Notes under the pieces: model-generated
Databases searched by the model: none
What the model was told of the DNA's origin: nothing
What the model saw: the letters and a program-made list of their open reading frames with translations, nothing else
Shown: one piece after another, positions 12,136 to 27,110 of the stretch
How the letters are laid out: the number at the start of each line of letters is the position of its first letter
Position numbering within the stretch: the stretch's first letter is position 1
Made by a program: the position numbers and the translations under genes
Assembly (NCBI GenBank): GCA_040954595.2
Contig: CM082589.2
Coordinates: forward strand, 2,287,498 to 2,351,497
DNA from: Balanoglossus misakiensis
Taxonomy: Eukaryota > Animalia > Hemichordata
Reading direction: 5' to 3'
Length of the DNA: 64,000 bases

Positions 12136-15100
12136 TAATCTATCCCAATTAAACTTGGCTGTTTGCCGTAAACGCTTCACTATAACCGACGGTTGATGGT
12201 AATAAGGCCCTGATTATTGTGTGCCAGGCATTTATTGGTTTAGTAGTAATGCGCTTGCATGATGTGCGCAGTGGCGGTTGTTCCCCAAACCAGTAAATAG
12301 TTATTACAGCGTGTTTGCTCACACGACTGCTAATGTCGCTGTCTGCTTGATGGATGGAGTTTCCTGCTGCGCCAACAAACATCAATCGTCACTTGCAGTA
12401 ACATAAGACAAATCAGCTTTAGAGAAGGGTCCGCACACTACCTTTTGAATGCTAAAGACAGACATGTCTCCATCACTGCCAAGCGAAAGAAGTAAAGATA
12501 GCCAGAGAGGATAGACAAGGGGATTTGTAGGCGGGGACACTGTAACATGTCAGCGATTTGGGTACGAAGCAAAGACAGACAGACAATCTCACCGGCCGAA
12601 TTATTAACCAAGAAATTGTAGGGACAATGACCGATTGGCAGTTAGATGCGACCCCTAACCTTCAAGAAGTAACGCTATATAATCAATCTGGATAGACGGA
12701 GAAGTGCTGACGGCGTTTTTAATATCTGTACAGGAATATTATTCTGCTCAAAGAATCGTCGCTGGAGTCTTCACCGAGAGTTGATCACCTTTATGGGGTC
12801 AGGGGTCGCCGAATGGTCAAATAACTTTAAGGTGCTAGCTTTTATTTTAGTCTTTCGCAATTCATGTAATTTCTATAGGTCATCAAAGACAAGCGGTGCA
12901 TTCTGTTCATTTTAAGGGCCATTACAGGCGTCGGTATTACGAGGAGCGCTCTTCTTTCCCGAGTGGTTACAGCGCCCATCCACACTGCCGTATCAGTTCG
13001 TGCATTTCAAATATGCAAATGACCGTTCCTATCACCGCGAAATTAAAAGCCATGACGTCAGGAGACCCACCAAAGAAACCAAGCCCAGGTCTTTCTGCTC
13101 GGAATCATCAATCATTTAGGCTTTAATTAATGCGAGTCGGAAATATCGCATCTGGGTGTGACGTCAGCACTGCTAATGGCCTGAAATAAACAATTGAAGG
13201 AATGCTGTTGGTAGAATTAGCGCAGTCTGCGTAAGACAGAAGCAGTTCTGAATGCAATTATATAATTATGATATCTTAATGTTGTATCTCGCCGACGCAC
13301 CAAGCCGCCATGATGAACTGAGCTGTTCGATTTCTAGGTCGTATCTTGTATTGAATTGGTTTTACATGGCATTCACACAGCTGGAAATCGTGTTTGGCTT
13401 TAGGGAAATACAAGTCAGTATATTCGCTACGGCGGAAAAAAACGTCGTGATTTGTGCCGAGGAATCTCTTTTGAAATAACAACATCCTTTTTGCTCTTCA
13501 AAAATGGCGCATTGCACGACAGAGTCTCGGCTTTCACTTGGTATTCCTGGCAATTTTTTTAGTATTCGCGGGCAGTAAGCGAAGTAAATTGATAATTACC
13601 CCCTGTTTCCTGGAACCAGGACTTATTTACAAATCTCGTTAAGAAATAAAGTGATATTTAAATCCGCCACGGTGGACAAAATGAAATATTTTCCGCCTGA
13701 GCGCCACTGGGGCCCCTCACTGACTGTTTCCTGCAAGAAAGGTCCCACAGACAGCGAATAATTATCTGTCGGTAAGGTCTCGAATTAGTCGTCAGATTTT
13801 CCTTCGTTCCAGTTGAAGAAAGCCGATAAATTACATTAATTTGTTCTGGTTCTGCCACATTTTCGTAAATATTTGCCGCAAATCAAACTACCCCACAAAA
13901 ACCTTGCATAATAAATATACGAGGCAACATCTATCAGCGTGAAAGAATGAATTTACGTCATAAATCTCCTGTGTAAAATGTAGCATTCGCTATTTCTGTA
14001 GCTTCGCTGCCTCAGCATCCCATAATATTAGACACTTAATATTTAGTGGTCACCGCGATTATCGCATAGGTTGTTTTTTGCTTATATTAAATTTGCCTCT
14101 TAGTGGGTTGATGGTTCTTGTTCAAGTAAGCACATTACTTCAAAATCCAGCGTTTAGTGATTGTGAGTTTAGGTTTCCAGCTCGGGGATAAACGACTCCG
14201 AACCCTGTGCCCCTCTCACAATGCGAATTACCCATGATTCGCGGCGAGCAGGGGCTGATCTGCATACCCTAGTGAGCTAAATCCCCGAGCGGCACGCTAG
14301 ATTGCATGCAAATTGAGACCAGGCAGAACGGGATAAGAGCCGGCCACGAAACACGAGCCCGTGGAGACGTCGAATTCTTTTATACATCGGCGGGGAGATC
14401 GGCTGAATATCGTTAATATTTTACGGCCTCGAGACGATGCCCGTGAGACCGTATGCGTGTCTGCGCGACCCATCAACTGACTGATAGAAAATATGATAGA
14501 AAAAATAATATATATACTTTGCTGTCTCGGGCTATTATATTTCTATTGATACACATAATATTCTATAAGCATGATAAGAGGCGCTGTTTCAGATATCGCG
14601 AGAGGTATCATTGATGGGGGATATTTTAATGGCGCGGGGAGGGGTGTAGTCGAGGAAATGCAGTGAGGTATCGACTTGCACTCCACAGGACTAGTGAGTA
14701 CTCACATAGAGTAGGTTGTCATCCTACCCTGTACGTGTAGTATGTGTGACTGATATGATTTTTGCCCAACACGTCGTCGCGCAGCTTGGAAAATATAATG
14801 TGGAAATTTGACACGTTGCTGTCGACCGCTGAACATATCCTGAACGTATCAGGTAATCTCGGATTATGTTTACGTCACTGATGTGGCATTGTTAGAAATC
14901 ATCATCTCGCTCATAAAAAATATCATTCATTTCTTCATTTTGACTCACATTTTTTTCTTATTCGCCCGAGTTGAGTAAAATATAATAGAGAAACATTCAT
15001 AATTGTTGATATTTGAGTTGATATTTAAATGCATCAAGCTAAAAGCTGAAAGTAGGGCCAGTCAGGGTCATCCATTCAATGATTGTATACAGGTATATCC

Positions 15101-15471
15101 GTAATTACTATTATGAGCATTGCAATTAATAAGGGACTGTTTGCAGCCATTGGAAATATGATTCAAAACCGGGTTTTTAAAGAACTTGGTTAATGGAATG
15201 GCGGATTATCTCTCATTTCATAAGATTGGGGTAATACTAATGTTCCTGACTATCTGATGACGTCAGTGGACATTCTCTGCTATATTGCATTAAGTAATAT
15301 CCCAGAATCCCAATCGCTGCAGGCCTACTATTTATATGCACACGAGTGTTGCGTCAGTATCGACAGATAATTCATTCCGCCCATATCATGTACTGAAATT
15401 AGCCGTGGTTATCTAGATTAATTTAGGACATTTTGTCGACGCAGATGTTTAGAAGATGCTATCCTTCTCTA

Positions 15472-15507
<36 letters not shown>
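15472..15507. repeat. (GAT)12 microsatellite
   Basis: Perfect trinucleotide run; explains the poly-Met ORF at 15473. Confidence 0.97.
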
Positions 15508-18500
15508 ATCACAGCTGACCATGCCAGAAACTGCTAGGCAGCACGACTTACAGGTGATTCGAAAGCAAACCAATGTTGAATGCCGCGCAGCGACACCTCA
15601 GATGCCAAAGGATTTGCCGACAGTAGTGACGTGTTCCTCGATTAGCAAATTGCACGGAACGGCATCGAGTATGATTGATAGGGGTACGGGACCTTTGATT
15701 CCGAAGAATTTATTCAGATGTATGTAAAGGTTTTCTGACAGGAAGACGAAATGGTGTTAAAATGTATGTGTTCGGCGACACCAGCACAATTACAGTCAGG
15801 GAAAGGAAGGTTGGGAGTAATTTATGCAGACTTGTCGGAGACTAGTTTCTCCCACGTGTCTCTGACATAATAATAAAAAAAGATGAAAAACATGGAAGTC
15901 GTGAGGTCACGTCCCTATAAGGCGACGATGTGTACGTGGGGTATATTTCTATATATACACATAGACTTCAGCTTTTCAGGTTGTTATATTATACAAAGAG
16001 GTATCTTTTCTTACAGCTTGTTTCTAATTATACTGACTGATAATAAACCAGTGTTTATGAACGGTTCAATTTCATTCCTAGTATCAATTAGAGGAAGCAG
16101 TCTGCCAAAGAAGCCTTTTAAAAATGGCGCCGTTTGCTGATATTTGATTGGAAGACTGACTGATGACATTGCGCCTAAAAGGCTCATCGCGAAATAAATA
16201 TAAAAGATACCTTAGCTTCCCCGCAAGTATCAAACCTTCCGACCTTGTGATAGATTATTGCGCCGGCTCAGCTGCCCGGCTTCGTCACCACATTTGTGAG
16301 GAAGGAAGAAACCGTTTTTTCGAAGGACCACAGGACGCTGAGTGAAACTGTAACAAACATAATCCTTTGCATAATTGCAATCCACAGCTACGGGGCATTT
16401 CTACATAATTAATATTTATGCACATGCTAATTAACAGCAACCACATTAAAATTGAAGATTCTGCCCTTAGGCCATTTCTTTCAAATGCTAAAACATTTGT
16501 CTCTTTACCATCTCCGAAATTTATATTCAAATTTAATATCCCCCAAATATTCACTGCCGCCATTTTGTGCACAATATCGAATACCGATTGAAGTTGGATT
16601 CAATTAATTTGCGAGCTCTAAGACTCCTACAGTGCTCTAATTTACTCCAAATAGATGAGTAATAAATTGGTTGGATGTGATTTCGTCATCGGCAGCGGAT
16701 TCATCTTCGTAGATAGAAGCAATTTGATCAAAATAATGGCAAAAAATTTGGCAATAATAAAGCTAGAACCAAGCGCTTTCTCATTATAAAACACGAGCAA
16801 GAGCCGAAAAGGGGCAATTAACGCGTTCCATATCCCATGTTCCGGAACGATGCTATTGCATTACTACAGTCGTTGCAATTTACTCAATCTGAACACATAA
16901 TATCATTCAGAAGATAATCGGACAATTGTTAGGGAGCGGTTTACTACGCGTACCGCTTGATTAATCCGAGTATAATTAAGACGCCTTTTCTCTAAAATGA
17001 GAAATACGAAAATCAGCAGATTTGTATCGAAACACATAGCTACAATATATAACAATAGTTATATACTGGAAAATTAATGAATGGACAAACAAGATTCATG
17101 GAAAATTGACAAAAGTTGAATTAGTACATCGGCCACGTGTGTAAATGATAGTATTGTCGAGTGGAACATTGGAAAATTAGTCAAATATTAGCGATTGTCT
17201 AATTATGTAGTCAACCTCGTTCAGGGGATCGACGGGTAAGTTATAAATCTTTCAGAGCTGTTTCCGGAAAAGAGACACGTCTACACCCTCATCGTAGACC
17301 TTTGACCTCTTCGAAAAAACGACAGGAACAGCGAAATATCTGCCATTATCGTATGAGAAAGGCAGGGGCTGTCTGTCTACTTAATTAATAAGTTACATCA
17401 AACAGTGGACCAGAAAAATGTACAAAGGCCCTATAACGTGAATACTGCGTAATTTTGCAATATTTACATTTGTCTATCGTCACTCTTAATTTAGTCTCTT
17501 ACAAGAATAAAAGGCGCTGGCTTGACCTTTCATTTACATGCAAATATATCGACCTCTTCGCTTGTTTCGCATCGCAGCCTGAGACATTGCTTTCGGTTGA
17601 AAAACATATCCATCATCTCACAATGTTCTCCAGTCAGATAGAACATAATGCCGAATAAAATGACAATAATAATATTTTGGAGTGTTTGCTTGTGTGTGTG
17701 TATGAATGAATGAATGAACATCCTAACTGCGCTTCTTCTATTTTACACCTTGAAAATTGGATGATTGAAATACGTACCGTTCAGTACTCCTCCCGTTGCC
17801 TCAATCCGCTCACCTCACAAAGCACACGAAAATGACGACTAGCTTGCAGCCATTTTCCTTCCATTACTGCGTGCTGCATTTCTATACAGTCTCTTATAAT
17901 TGGGAAAAAGTCACTTGCGCGCGCACTCAAGCACGCTTTTTGTTTAATTTGCGCACCCCCCCCCCCGCCAGCCTCAGTCTGCACGTCATTTTTGTAGACG
18001 CGGTCACGTCTGTGTCGAATACGCCAATAAAAAAATCATAAAGAAATACGCAATAATGATACAACAAGATGGAGAAAAACATTGTTACCCTTTCAGATGT
18101 AAAATTTTGGGAATAATTCCCAAAGCCGACTCAATCTACATGTAACTGAACCGTGCTGCGTTTTCACAATTACCAATTTTATCATTTTTATACAATTTAT
18201 AAAACTCCCCGGTATAAATTCTCGGCAAAATCTGATATTATCATGGGGAGGGGTTGGCTACGACCTATTGTATTTTTTTCTTCTGTTATCAATATTTATT
18301 GGACCGGACGATGATCAAAAGAATGCGACACATCGTTAGCAGACACCGCATCGGTGGCCTTAATTATACCATAAAGGTTCATTTGAATACGTTGCTTACC
18401 CAAGCCGTATTTCACTCGACGGACCTGTCAATTTTCGACACGGCTGAATTTGACTTAACAAACGAGACCCCGAAAATCGAGAAAGACCAGAATTCGCCCG

Positions 18501-19453
18501 CGTAATTACACCATTCTCTTTGTAATTGATATTCGGCGTTTCATTGTGATTGCCCACACAATGGCCGACAAATTTATCGAGTCTCTTCCGTGTTGTATAA
18601 GCTCAGCATCATTAAAAATGCTATATTAAAGGGAAATTGCTTTTGATGAAAAATTGAACGAATATCACGTGTTAGCATACACGGGCCAACAGAGTCATCG
18701 CCGGCTTTGTCCTCCGCTAAAACCAGCAAATTTTAATCACGCAGAAATACCAGTATCCCAAACCCAGGTTTTCGAGAGATCGAGTCTTTGATATTGTGAT
18801 TGTTGCTTGCGGACTAAAATCGGAGCAAGCATAGCAGATATTTCACTTATTAATCAGCGATTTTTGATATTCGGGCGGAAAGTGACAGTCGGCACAGCGT
18901 CACTCTGATATTAATGCGAACTGCAAGCACAATCCTAATGACAAAGCGCTGCGCGCGTCGAGCGCACACAGCGCAGTCAGAAATGCGGTATTCGCGTGAA
19001 ATAAAAACAGCATTACGTTTAAAATATTTCTGTGGACTGCGTTTCAAAATCGCAGCCATCACTTCATAGCAATGGCGGAATCGTAATGTGTGTACGAAAG
19101 CAATGTGATTAAAAATTTACGAGTCGAGAGTATTGAATATTTGACGCCTAGCAAATAATTCGGATGGCCGATTAGTATTATGTTCTCGCGCGCGGAGAAT
19201 AAAAGACAGAGATTGTCGAGAAATTTTTGCCCACAAAGCGATCGCTGGCAAATTGTGAAGAATTACACGTTTGTGGTAATTGCTACGAACAGTCAAACTG
19301 CGTCCAAATGTGACAGGCGACGCGGGGACCGTCGTCTTTTTTCAGAAGCGGTCGCGTACAAAAGACGTAAAAACGCAAGCACTAATGCAACAACAGGCGA
19401 CATATGGAGGTCACGTACGCAGAACTAAATAAACACGTATTCCTTTCTAAAAT

Positions 19454-20535
19454 TTAAAGGAATATTAACGGCTCATATCTGACCTCCAGTCCATCAAGAT
19501 TTAAAAAAAATTATTAAAATATTTAGCTTACCATGAATTATGTCTTATTCGGTTTCAGCGATATCAATATGTTGCTGTTATAGACGTGTGCTGGTGGTAG
19601 CTCGTGTATATTTGTGCGGCTGTCAGTGTAGGTATACAAACTCGTCCAAAGCTGAGCTCGCGCTCATCGATGACTCCCATCGATATGTGTATGCAATGCA
19701 AATAAAAGACTTTAACTTACATATTAAATGATGTTGTCGTCCTCTGTCTCTCGCTATACGAACACGGCAGGTACCAATGGAGGCTTTCCGCCGCCATATC
19801 TGACGCAGCCGGGGTTTGACGTTTACCCCGGTCAAGGTTAGAAACGCCGGACGTATGTGGCCGGCTAAAGCCGTCTTACATCAGGAGACGCTTGGAATCG
19901 GCGAAGCTTTTCCTCCATTCACACCTCGCTGTCGTCTGACATCGCCCAGAGGCACTCAGAGACACGCTAAGAGATGTAGAATCGGCCACTTACCCATCAT
20001 GCTCAGCGCGCATGCCTGCTCGGCAATTCAATTACATTGGATCAGGTGTACTAAAGCTGGCCTGCTTATGAAATATATTAGCGGGGAAATGAGGCTGGCG
20101 CAAAAGTAATATCATAACGTTAATGAACACACTCGATTTATTGCGAGGAGGGCCACCAGCTGACGACATAGTTCACGTGCATACTAAACGTCTTGGACAC
20201 ATTCTGCAAAGCTCGCCTGTGTTGCCGAGATCCCGTCATTGTTTCGGCCTTCCTCTCTGTTGACCCCAATTTCGCGGTAATTTTGCAGCGGTCGCCGGCG
20301 CCCACTCCCCCTCTAAGCCATAATTATTCCCCCTTCGTGTCGCGCCGTATCAGGTCACTCGAAACAAACGCGCAGAATTCGAGCATCTAGGAAAAAATAT
20401 TTCATCAAATTGTGGTGAGATTGGATTCAAACCGAATGAGGTATACACGGGGACACTTGCCTGCCGATTTTTATTCTTGATGGACCTTGATTGCCGAAGG
20501 AGGCGTGACGTCAGAAAGCTGTCATTTTTTTATGA
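19454..20535. mobile_element. Decayed non-autonomous DNA transposon (MITE-like) with imperfect terminal inverted repeats
   Basis: GTCCATCAAGA (19489-19499) and ATTCGGTTT (19547-19555) recur inverted as TCTTGATGGAC (20475-20485) and AAACCGAAT (20429-20437), in matching order and similar spacing. The left end begins TTAA-AGG. Confidence 0.4.
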
Positions 20536-23500
20536 AAAATTCATTGAAAATTTTAAAAGAGGGAACTGTCTTTGTCCGTGTGGATATGCTTGTTTCTAAG
20601 GCGGACGTGCTTTGCATGCATAAGTAATTAAAAACCCCTTAACCAGCCGTCCGCTCGCTTTCACTCTTCAGGATAATCATCATGCTAGGGCGGCCAGTCA
20701 CGTGATATTATTCTCTGACAATAGCGCTTTTTGTTGTATAAAATTAATTTCTTGAATAAAAGCCAACTCGCTCCGTTGTCACTGTTGTCAACATTCAGCT
20801 GGATGTACAATGCTGGGTAAACCAATGATGTATGTTGTCATTTTCAAACCTTTTTTCCCAGCCCAGGGGTTCGTGCGTTTCCGATAAGAATGATATTGGG
20901 AGGCTGAAACGGCACTGTTCTCCGGGGGCAGTAAATACACATGCAACGACCGTAAACGTGAAGGCCCGCGAAGGGTGTTTTTAACGACGAGATATCTGAA
21001 TTCCTATGGATAAATTACTCGCTTCGTAATAGCATCCATTTTTCGTTTTAAAATACTTTTATGTTATTCTGATTTTACGGAAATAATATTTTTTGTCCTC
21101 GCCCTAACTTGAGACTGTGACAATGTGGGTTGCTTGCTAACATGAACATCTTAATATTGTGATGTTTACTGAAGAAATATACAATCATGTACTATAATTG
21201 GATACACAAACAAAATACACACAACTATCCATCCAATCATTCAGGTTAAGACTTAAATGCGACGCCAGATTTTGTCAGCTATATAGCTTTCGCGACATGG
21301 ATTGTCTTTTAGCTGTCGCCCTGATTGCGACTTCCCTGTGTCGTGGTGTAATTACCAAACGACGCCATGCATATGTCACTGCTGTTCGGGAGAACTTCTC
21401 GTGACACTTGAGTTGAATCAAGTATGGTCGTGTTTTGATGAAAAAATCCCAATACTAATAAATCAATCGCTCTACAGCCAAAGGAAATGTTCATCAAGCG
21501 AAAATTCCGGCAGACGACAATATCTGTCTCCCAACCTTTGACCCCAACATTTTAATTCAGTAAACGTACTATTAGCTCACATTCTCCGCCTTGCAATCAA
21601 CTCGCGATATTGCAGGGAGATCGTTTGTTTTATATTTTTATCTCCTTAATCTCTGACATCACAGCAAATCCGTAAATGGAGCAGAAGGCAAAAGGCCAAC
21701 TGGCACCGTTGAAAAAAGTCCGTCGCTGATGAAAATGTACGTCAGACACAGTCTGCTATACCCACTTGCCTCGCTGAGACGAATTCTTACAGATCAGAAT
21801 CACATATCTCACATCAGCTCCGGTGTTTGATTAGCTTTCCGTTTTTGTGACTACAACATTATCAGATTGCTGTGCCGTGATATCGTTGAATCTACACCCA
21901 ACTCCAACACAAACAACAGTGCTTCAAAGCGAAGTAAGCGGCACCCTTTCATACTTCGCCATATTTAAACAAGAAACCGCGAAAATGTCATGTGTATAAT
22001 TACTAAACTTACATACGTGCTGAGGATTTCGAAATTGTTCATACTTTTCACTATTAAGGAGGCGGTACTTTGTATGAATAATTACACTGGTGTTTGATGA
22101 TATCATAGTACCACTAATCTAGCAATCTCGCATATCACCCTGACTCCTTAAGTACCGTTCATGGTGAGAGATTCTGAATTCTGATTGATGTAAAGATATC
22201 AGGATTTCTTTAATAATGAGACATGTTCAACAGAGAAGCCTGAATAAGAAAAAAAATGCATATTTGCAAGTATGGAGTAACAGTTCTTCCGGGTCAACTT
22301 TTTTTCTACAATCACCACACTGGCGTCGGTACGGACGTCCCCCTTAATCGAATTTGACTACAATCAGAAGATCGAGGGCAGGGTATTACAGTGGCTGAAA
22401 GAGAAACGCTTACTCTAATCACGTTAACTTCAATTCCCGTGAATCGATACTAACGAATGGAAATAATCAAATTACTAATTAGTCATTTATAATTAAGATT
22501 TATTGTCATGCCTCAATTAAGCAGGTGATATGAGTTATAATAGACAAAACGAGATTTGAATGCCAATAAATATGTAAGAGTGACTCCAGCTGGGCCAACT
22601 GAAAACTTGGCTTAACCTTTTCGGCCAATCTCAAGATAAAAGTCGGGAAAAGGACATATCGAGAACCCCCCTCCCCCGGGTGTACAATGGCGATATCTGG
22701 TTGACAACATCCTGAAATGGGCTCACGGCACAGAGACTGTCAATGCATCATGACTGATCGCACAATGTACATATATGATCTGTTAAAACTGCCTGGCCTG
22801 TCATGACGCCAATGATTTATTCTTTGAAAGGCAAACAAACCCAAACACAGAGTCATTTTAGCTGTCAACCAAAATCGACATCGGAAAGAAAATGTCACCG
22901 ATAGACTTTGATTCTAAGTTCGCAACGGCACTTTTATATTGCGCCGTTTCAAATCCCGCGAGTATAGTAGCTGTCTTGCAGGGCCATGATGAATAATTTT
23001 CCCCTCATCTATGATAATTCATTTTGATCGCCTAGTAGTTTTACTGGCTACGACAGAACCCCCAGAATTCGTGAAACCACGTGGTTTCTAGAGTCTACAT
23101 TCAGTTAGTCCACAAAGCCCCAACTCGAAAACAAATCAACGCTATTGCGAATTATTGTAGTGTGACAAAAGTGGCATTTGGAAAATATTACGCAAGTTCC
23201 GGTCTAATCGATAAATATTATGCGTGGATTGGTTTGTCGACTTGATGATTAAGAGCAAATTAAGAAATCGACTTGGGTAATTGATCAACCGGTCCAAAGC
23301 TGGTTAATTAAATTTCCGCGATAAATTTCAATAATTGAAAAGTTGTGCATGTGCTATAATTTGACATGTAAATCCGTGACCAGTTCAGCGTGGAAGAAAT
23401 ACTATGCGATACTTTCCATTAGTTCTGTGTCTTTTTATCATCGTATGTTAATGTTATCTGATTTGCTTTGCTTTGAAATAATCCCATACAATGACCACGG

Positions 23501-23652
23501 TTAATCGGCGTATCCCTTTCCTCGGGGAATACATATATCATGTAGTTGCATGTACTGCTCCAGTAACAATTTCAGTCTTCGATACATGTTATTGATATTT
23601 ACATTTAGCATTGAATTTCCTCTATCGTACTCACAGGCGTTTGATATGCCCC

Positions 23653-23727
23653 CTCTCTGTCTCGCTCTCGCTCTCGCTCTCCCTGTCTGTCTGTCTCTCT
23701 GTCTGTCTCTCTCTGCCTCTCTCTCTC
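23653..23727. repeat. Compound CT/CTCG/CTGT simple repeat
   Basis: Directly visible. Confidence 0.9.
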
Positions 23728-26700
23728 ATTCAGTCACTCACTCTACTTCTGACATTTCCCTATGATACAAGCACCTGACGTCCGTCCTTGGCGACATGTA
23801 CATATCTCCTACAAGAATGTCCCGAAGTGTCCAATTGCATTTCACGTCATGTTTCAGGAAAGGCTTATTTGTACATCTGTCTATAGCTATATGCATTTTC
23901 AAGACTACATCTCTCGTCTGTCTGTCTCACTATATATCTATTTCTTCAACACGTTTCGATGAAAGAAGCGAAAGTCCTATAAGCACATAGAAAAGTCACG
24001 TGAATTATTATATTCCTAGCCGAAAGCCGTTATTCATTTGAAACATCAACATGTTACGAGTGTTTAGACATCGTCTTGAATAGACATAACTTTCAAAGTC
24101 GTCAGTCGCCGAGCAACATCAATCTCACTGACTGTTTTGTGTGTGTTCCTCAGTGGAGAATACGTTTACAATGATGTCATGGCATGGTATTTTCATTTGC
24201 CTCGTTATTATCAAACTCTTTGCTCTCTTAATTAGTTGTCAGTCTTCAAGCAATTCAGGTCTCATGTCATATAACTGAATGTGCGCTGTCAATCCCCGGA
24301 ACCCCAATTTTACTCAAACGCTAACTTTTTCTCTATTTTTAGAAAGGAATTCCACGTGAAAATCCATCTGCTCTACGGAATTAATGTGAAAACCGAACAA
24401 AATTGGAAATCTGGAAACAACCTCCACCTTCGCAGAAATTCATTAATTGCCCTCCACTTTTCAACATGTGTTGTCAGTGCTAATCGCACAGCGTCGTCTC
24501 TGTCAAAACACGGATGAAGCTCAGTCAATAAAATCGAAATGTTTGGACAATTTGCAGGTGGAAATCTAGCTAATGACCGCGCGATCGATAATGACTGTAA
24601 ATAGTTCCTATCAACACTTGCGCCACGTGCATGATTTGTGGTGCGATTTTTGGTAATCGAGGGAAAATTTGGATTCCTTGGGGGAGTATTCTCGCGAGTA
24701 CAGCCAAGGGGCGTAATTACCTGCAACCGACAAACACGGTTGTAAACATTACAAAGCTAATGAACTATTCCAGACGATAAATCGTGACTAAATAGTTAAA
24801 ATTAAAAAAATAAATAAGACAAGTCAGGATATTACATATGCATGTAATAACTGGCTTGTTTTAAATATAACAGAAACAAATCTAGACATTTCCCATCATG
24901 CAGCTGGTGCCATGATTCCTGCATCGGTATGCATTATTATTCCAATACTTTTCCACAGACCAAGAAAGAAGATATACCAAATGTATGGTATACAGTAGTC
25001 ATAGTATAGGTATGCATGTACATGTATATCACAGAAGAAATCTATATTCTAAGGTTCCTTCAGTGTCTGCAGTGGGTTATATGGTATGATGTAAAGATGC
25101 ATGCATATATGAATACAGGTAAACATTCACCACAGACGCCGTGGCGCCTGCAGGAACCTTGCTGGTGACACGTTCACAAAATGCGGACTAAATGCGCATG
25201 CTCGGAGCAGAACATTAAATATGCACAGCTTCTCATTTGATGGATTTGATGTTATATACGCACACTACTGTCTGTGGTCTAAACGTCAAAGCTTTACAAA
25301 CAAAAAGCATGCTGAAGTGTTTTTCCCATCTGGTCAGTACACCCGTCTTTCTTAGATTAGTTTTCCTGACACAAGAAAGTCATTTCCCTGCAAGTAATTT
25401 AGCAATGGGCAATCAATGAAATGGTAATTAAGTCGCCAACGATAAGCCGAGCTTTATCCGTAACTCTGTCGGTATCTATGTTCAGTTGGGCTCACAATAA
25501 ACATTTTCCAATTTGTTCTTTCCGTTCGCAAAGGTAATAATTGCACAGAGATTGTCTCTAACGTGCGCTTTTCTGGTGCACTTTTTATTAATTGCATTCG
25601 ATTTAAGGACAGAGCGATTGTCGCCTCGTCCGATTGCGTACATCTTAACCTGCTGTTATATCGCTGTACTATTGACAAGATGATCCTGAGACTTAAGACA
25701 TCAACAGTCGACATCAGAAAAATTGCTAATGAGAATAGAGTGTAGAAATAATGGGCGTAGCTGCAATTAGTGACAAAAGTCACGTTTATAGCAAAAAATG
25801 CATGAACAAGGCCAGCCTTCGGGCCCCACACTCTCCCGTCGGTAATCACTCCACTTGCCCGCTAGGCTCTCAAGACTACGTATACGAAGCAAATCGAGCA
25901 GAACATAAGACGTTCCGTTGGCCGGTTTTCTTTGGATGCAAAGTGCAACCCCAGTCATCAGTCCAAAGAAAACCATGAATCCGCCCACGTTGTCATACAG
26001 TGTTTATGTGTGTACTTTTTCTTGAACAACAACCGAGATTTAACCCACACTCTTTGGTGCAGAGACAGTGTTTTTCCTTGCCTAATTTCCATCGTTACGG
26101 AAGGGGACAAACGTGACGTCATCAGAGTGATGAGGCGCCCAACGTCACTGATGTTAAGCAGTGATTGTGGATTGCCGCATTGCGAAGCCTACAAGGACCT
26201 CTGTGAGACGAAATAAATGTTGACAATTTATTTTGTCCACATTAGCAGCGAAAAACGATAAGCTATAGTCAGAGCCAGAAGAGAATGGACGCTTTTAGAT
26301 GATGAAATGTCTCCAGTGCATTGGATAGTGTATCATTCATTTTCCAGGCACGTAGGTAGAATGCAATAATTGTCACAAAATCAATTGTACCCTACAGGTC
26401 AAGTTCATCGGCGCAATATACTACCAGGCCTTGTCAACCCAACGACGAATCTAATTCTGATAATTGACATCACCGATAATTTCCTGCACAGTCCAATGTG
26501 TATATATATTCTGAGCTCGGTCAAACTTCGCTAATGACAACTACATCTCTTGCGCACCCATTTTACCTGAGACAGCACAAGCATTTGTACAGAAGAGAAT
26601 TGCAAGATTTGAAGGGTAATCATTTTTTCCCGAAATAAATGTCCATTAGTAGCATTAAAATCACAATTGCATTACCGATGACGATAGTAATGAGCGTCTT

Positions 26701-27009
26701 AATTATCAGCATGTATGTAAGAACAATCATGCTCATTCCGGATTTCATGTTACATCCATTAAAATCCGATAGACGATACTTTCACCTTCGAACAATGACT
26801 CATCAGGCGAAATGTGTATGCCTCGTCTGAACAACTGATTTTTTCCCTTTTTTTTCAAATTTATCACAGTTGTGTACTTATATACATCAACGCATGACAC
26901 GACATTCACACATGGAAGACACTGTTCCATTTGCTAGAATGCATTATTCAATAGAAGTAAAATACAGCGTGGATACATATGTAGAATCGAATTCGAAATG
27001 CCCATTCCC

Positions 27010-27110
27010 AGAAACCTTGATACCGTGAACATCGTGGGGGCGCTAGCCACAGCCATTCTCCCAGCAGCAGATTCCAACCTATGATATTGGGCGTGGGAGA
27101 AACACTTCCA
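27010..27110 (-). mobile_element. Possible decayed LINE (CR1/L2-like) ORF2 C-terminal fragment
   Basis: Frameshifted translation IIGWNLL...AVASAPTMFT..RFL resembles the WNxLPxxVVxAPSLxxFKxRL tail of these LINEs. Confidence 0.25.

Noticed and set aside
15473-15727. Poly-Met ORF
   Set aside because: Artefact of the (GAT)12 microsatellite.
23073-23088. Perfect 16-bp palindrome GAAACCACGTGGTTTC and other short hairpins (6295-6316, 8764-8794, 40841-40854)
   Set aside because: Isolated, and about what chance gives in 64 kb; no array or associated element.
26775-26815. Hammerhead-like CUGAUGA...CGAAG on the minus strand (similar case at 59443-59490)
   Set aside because: Stem II is mismatched or misregistered and there is no proper GAAA core or stems I/III.
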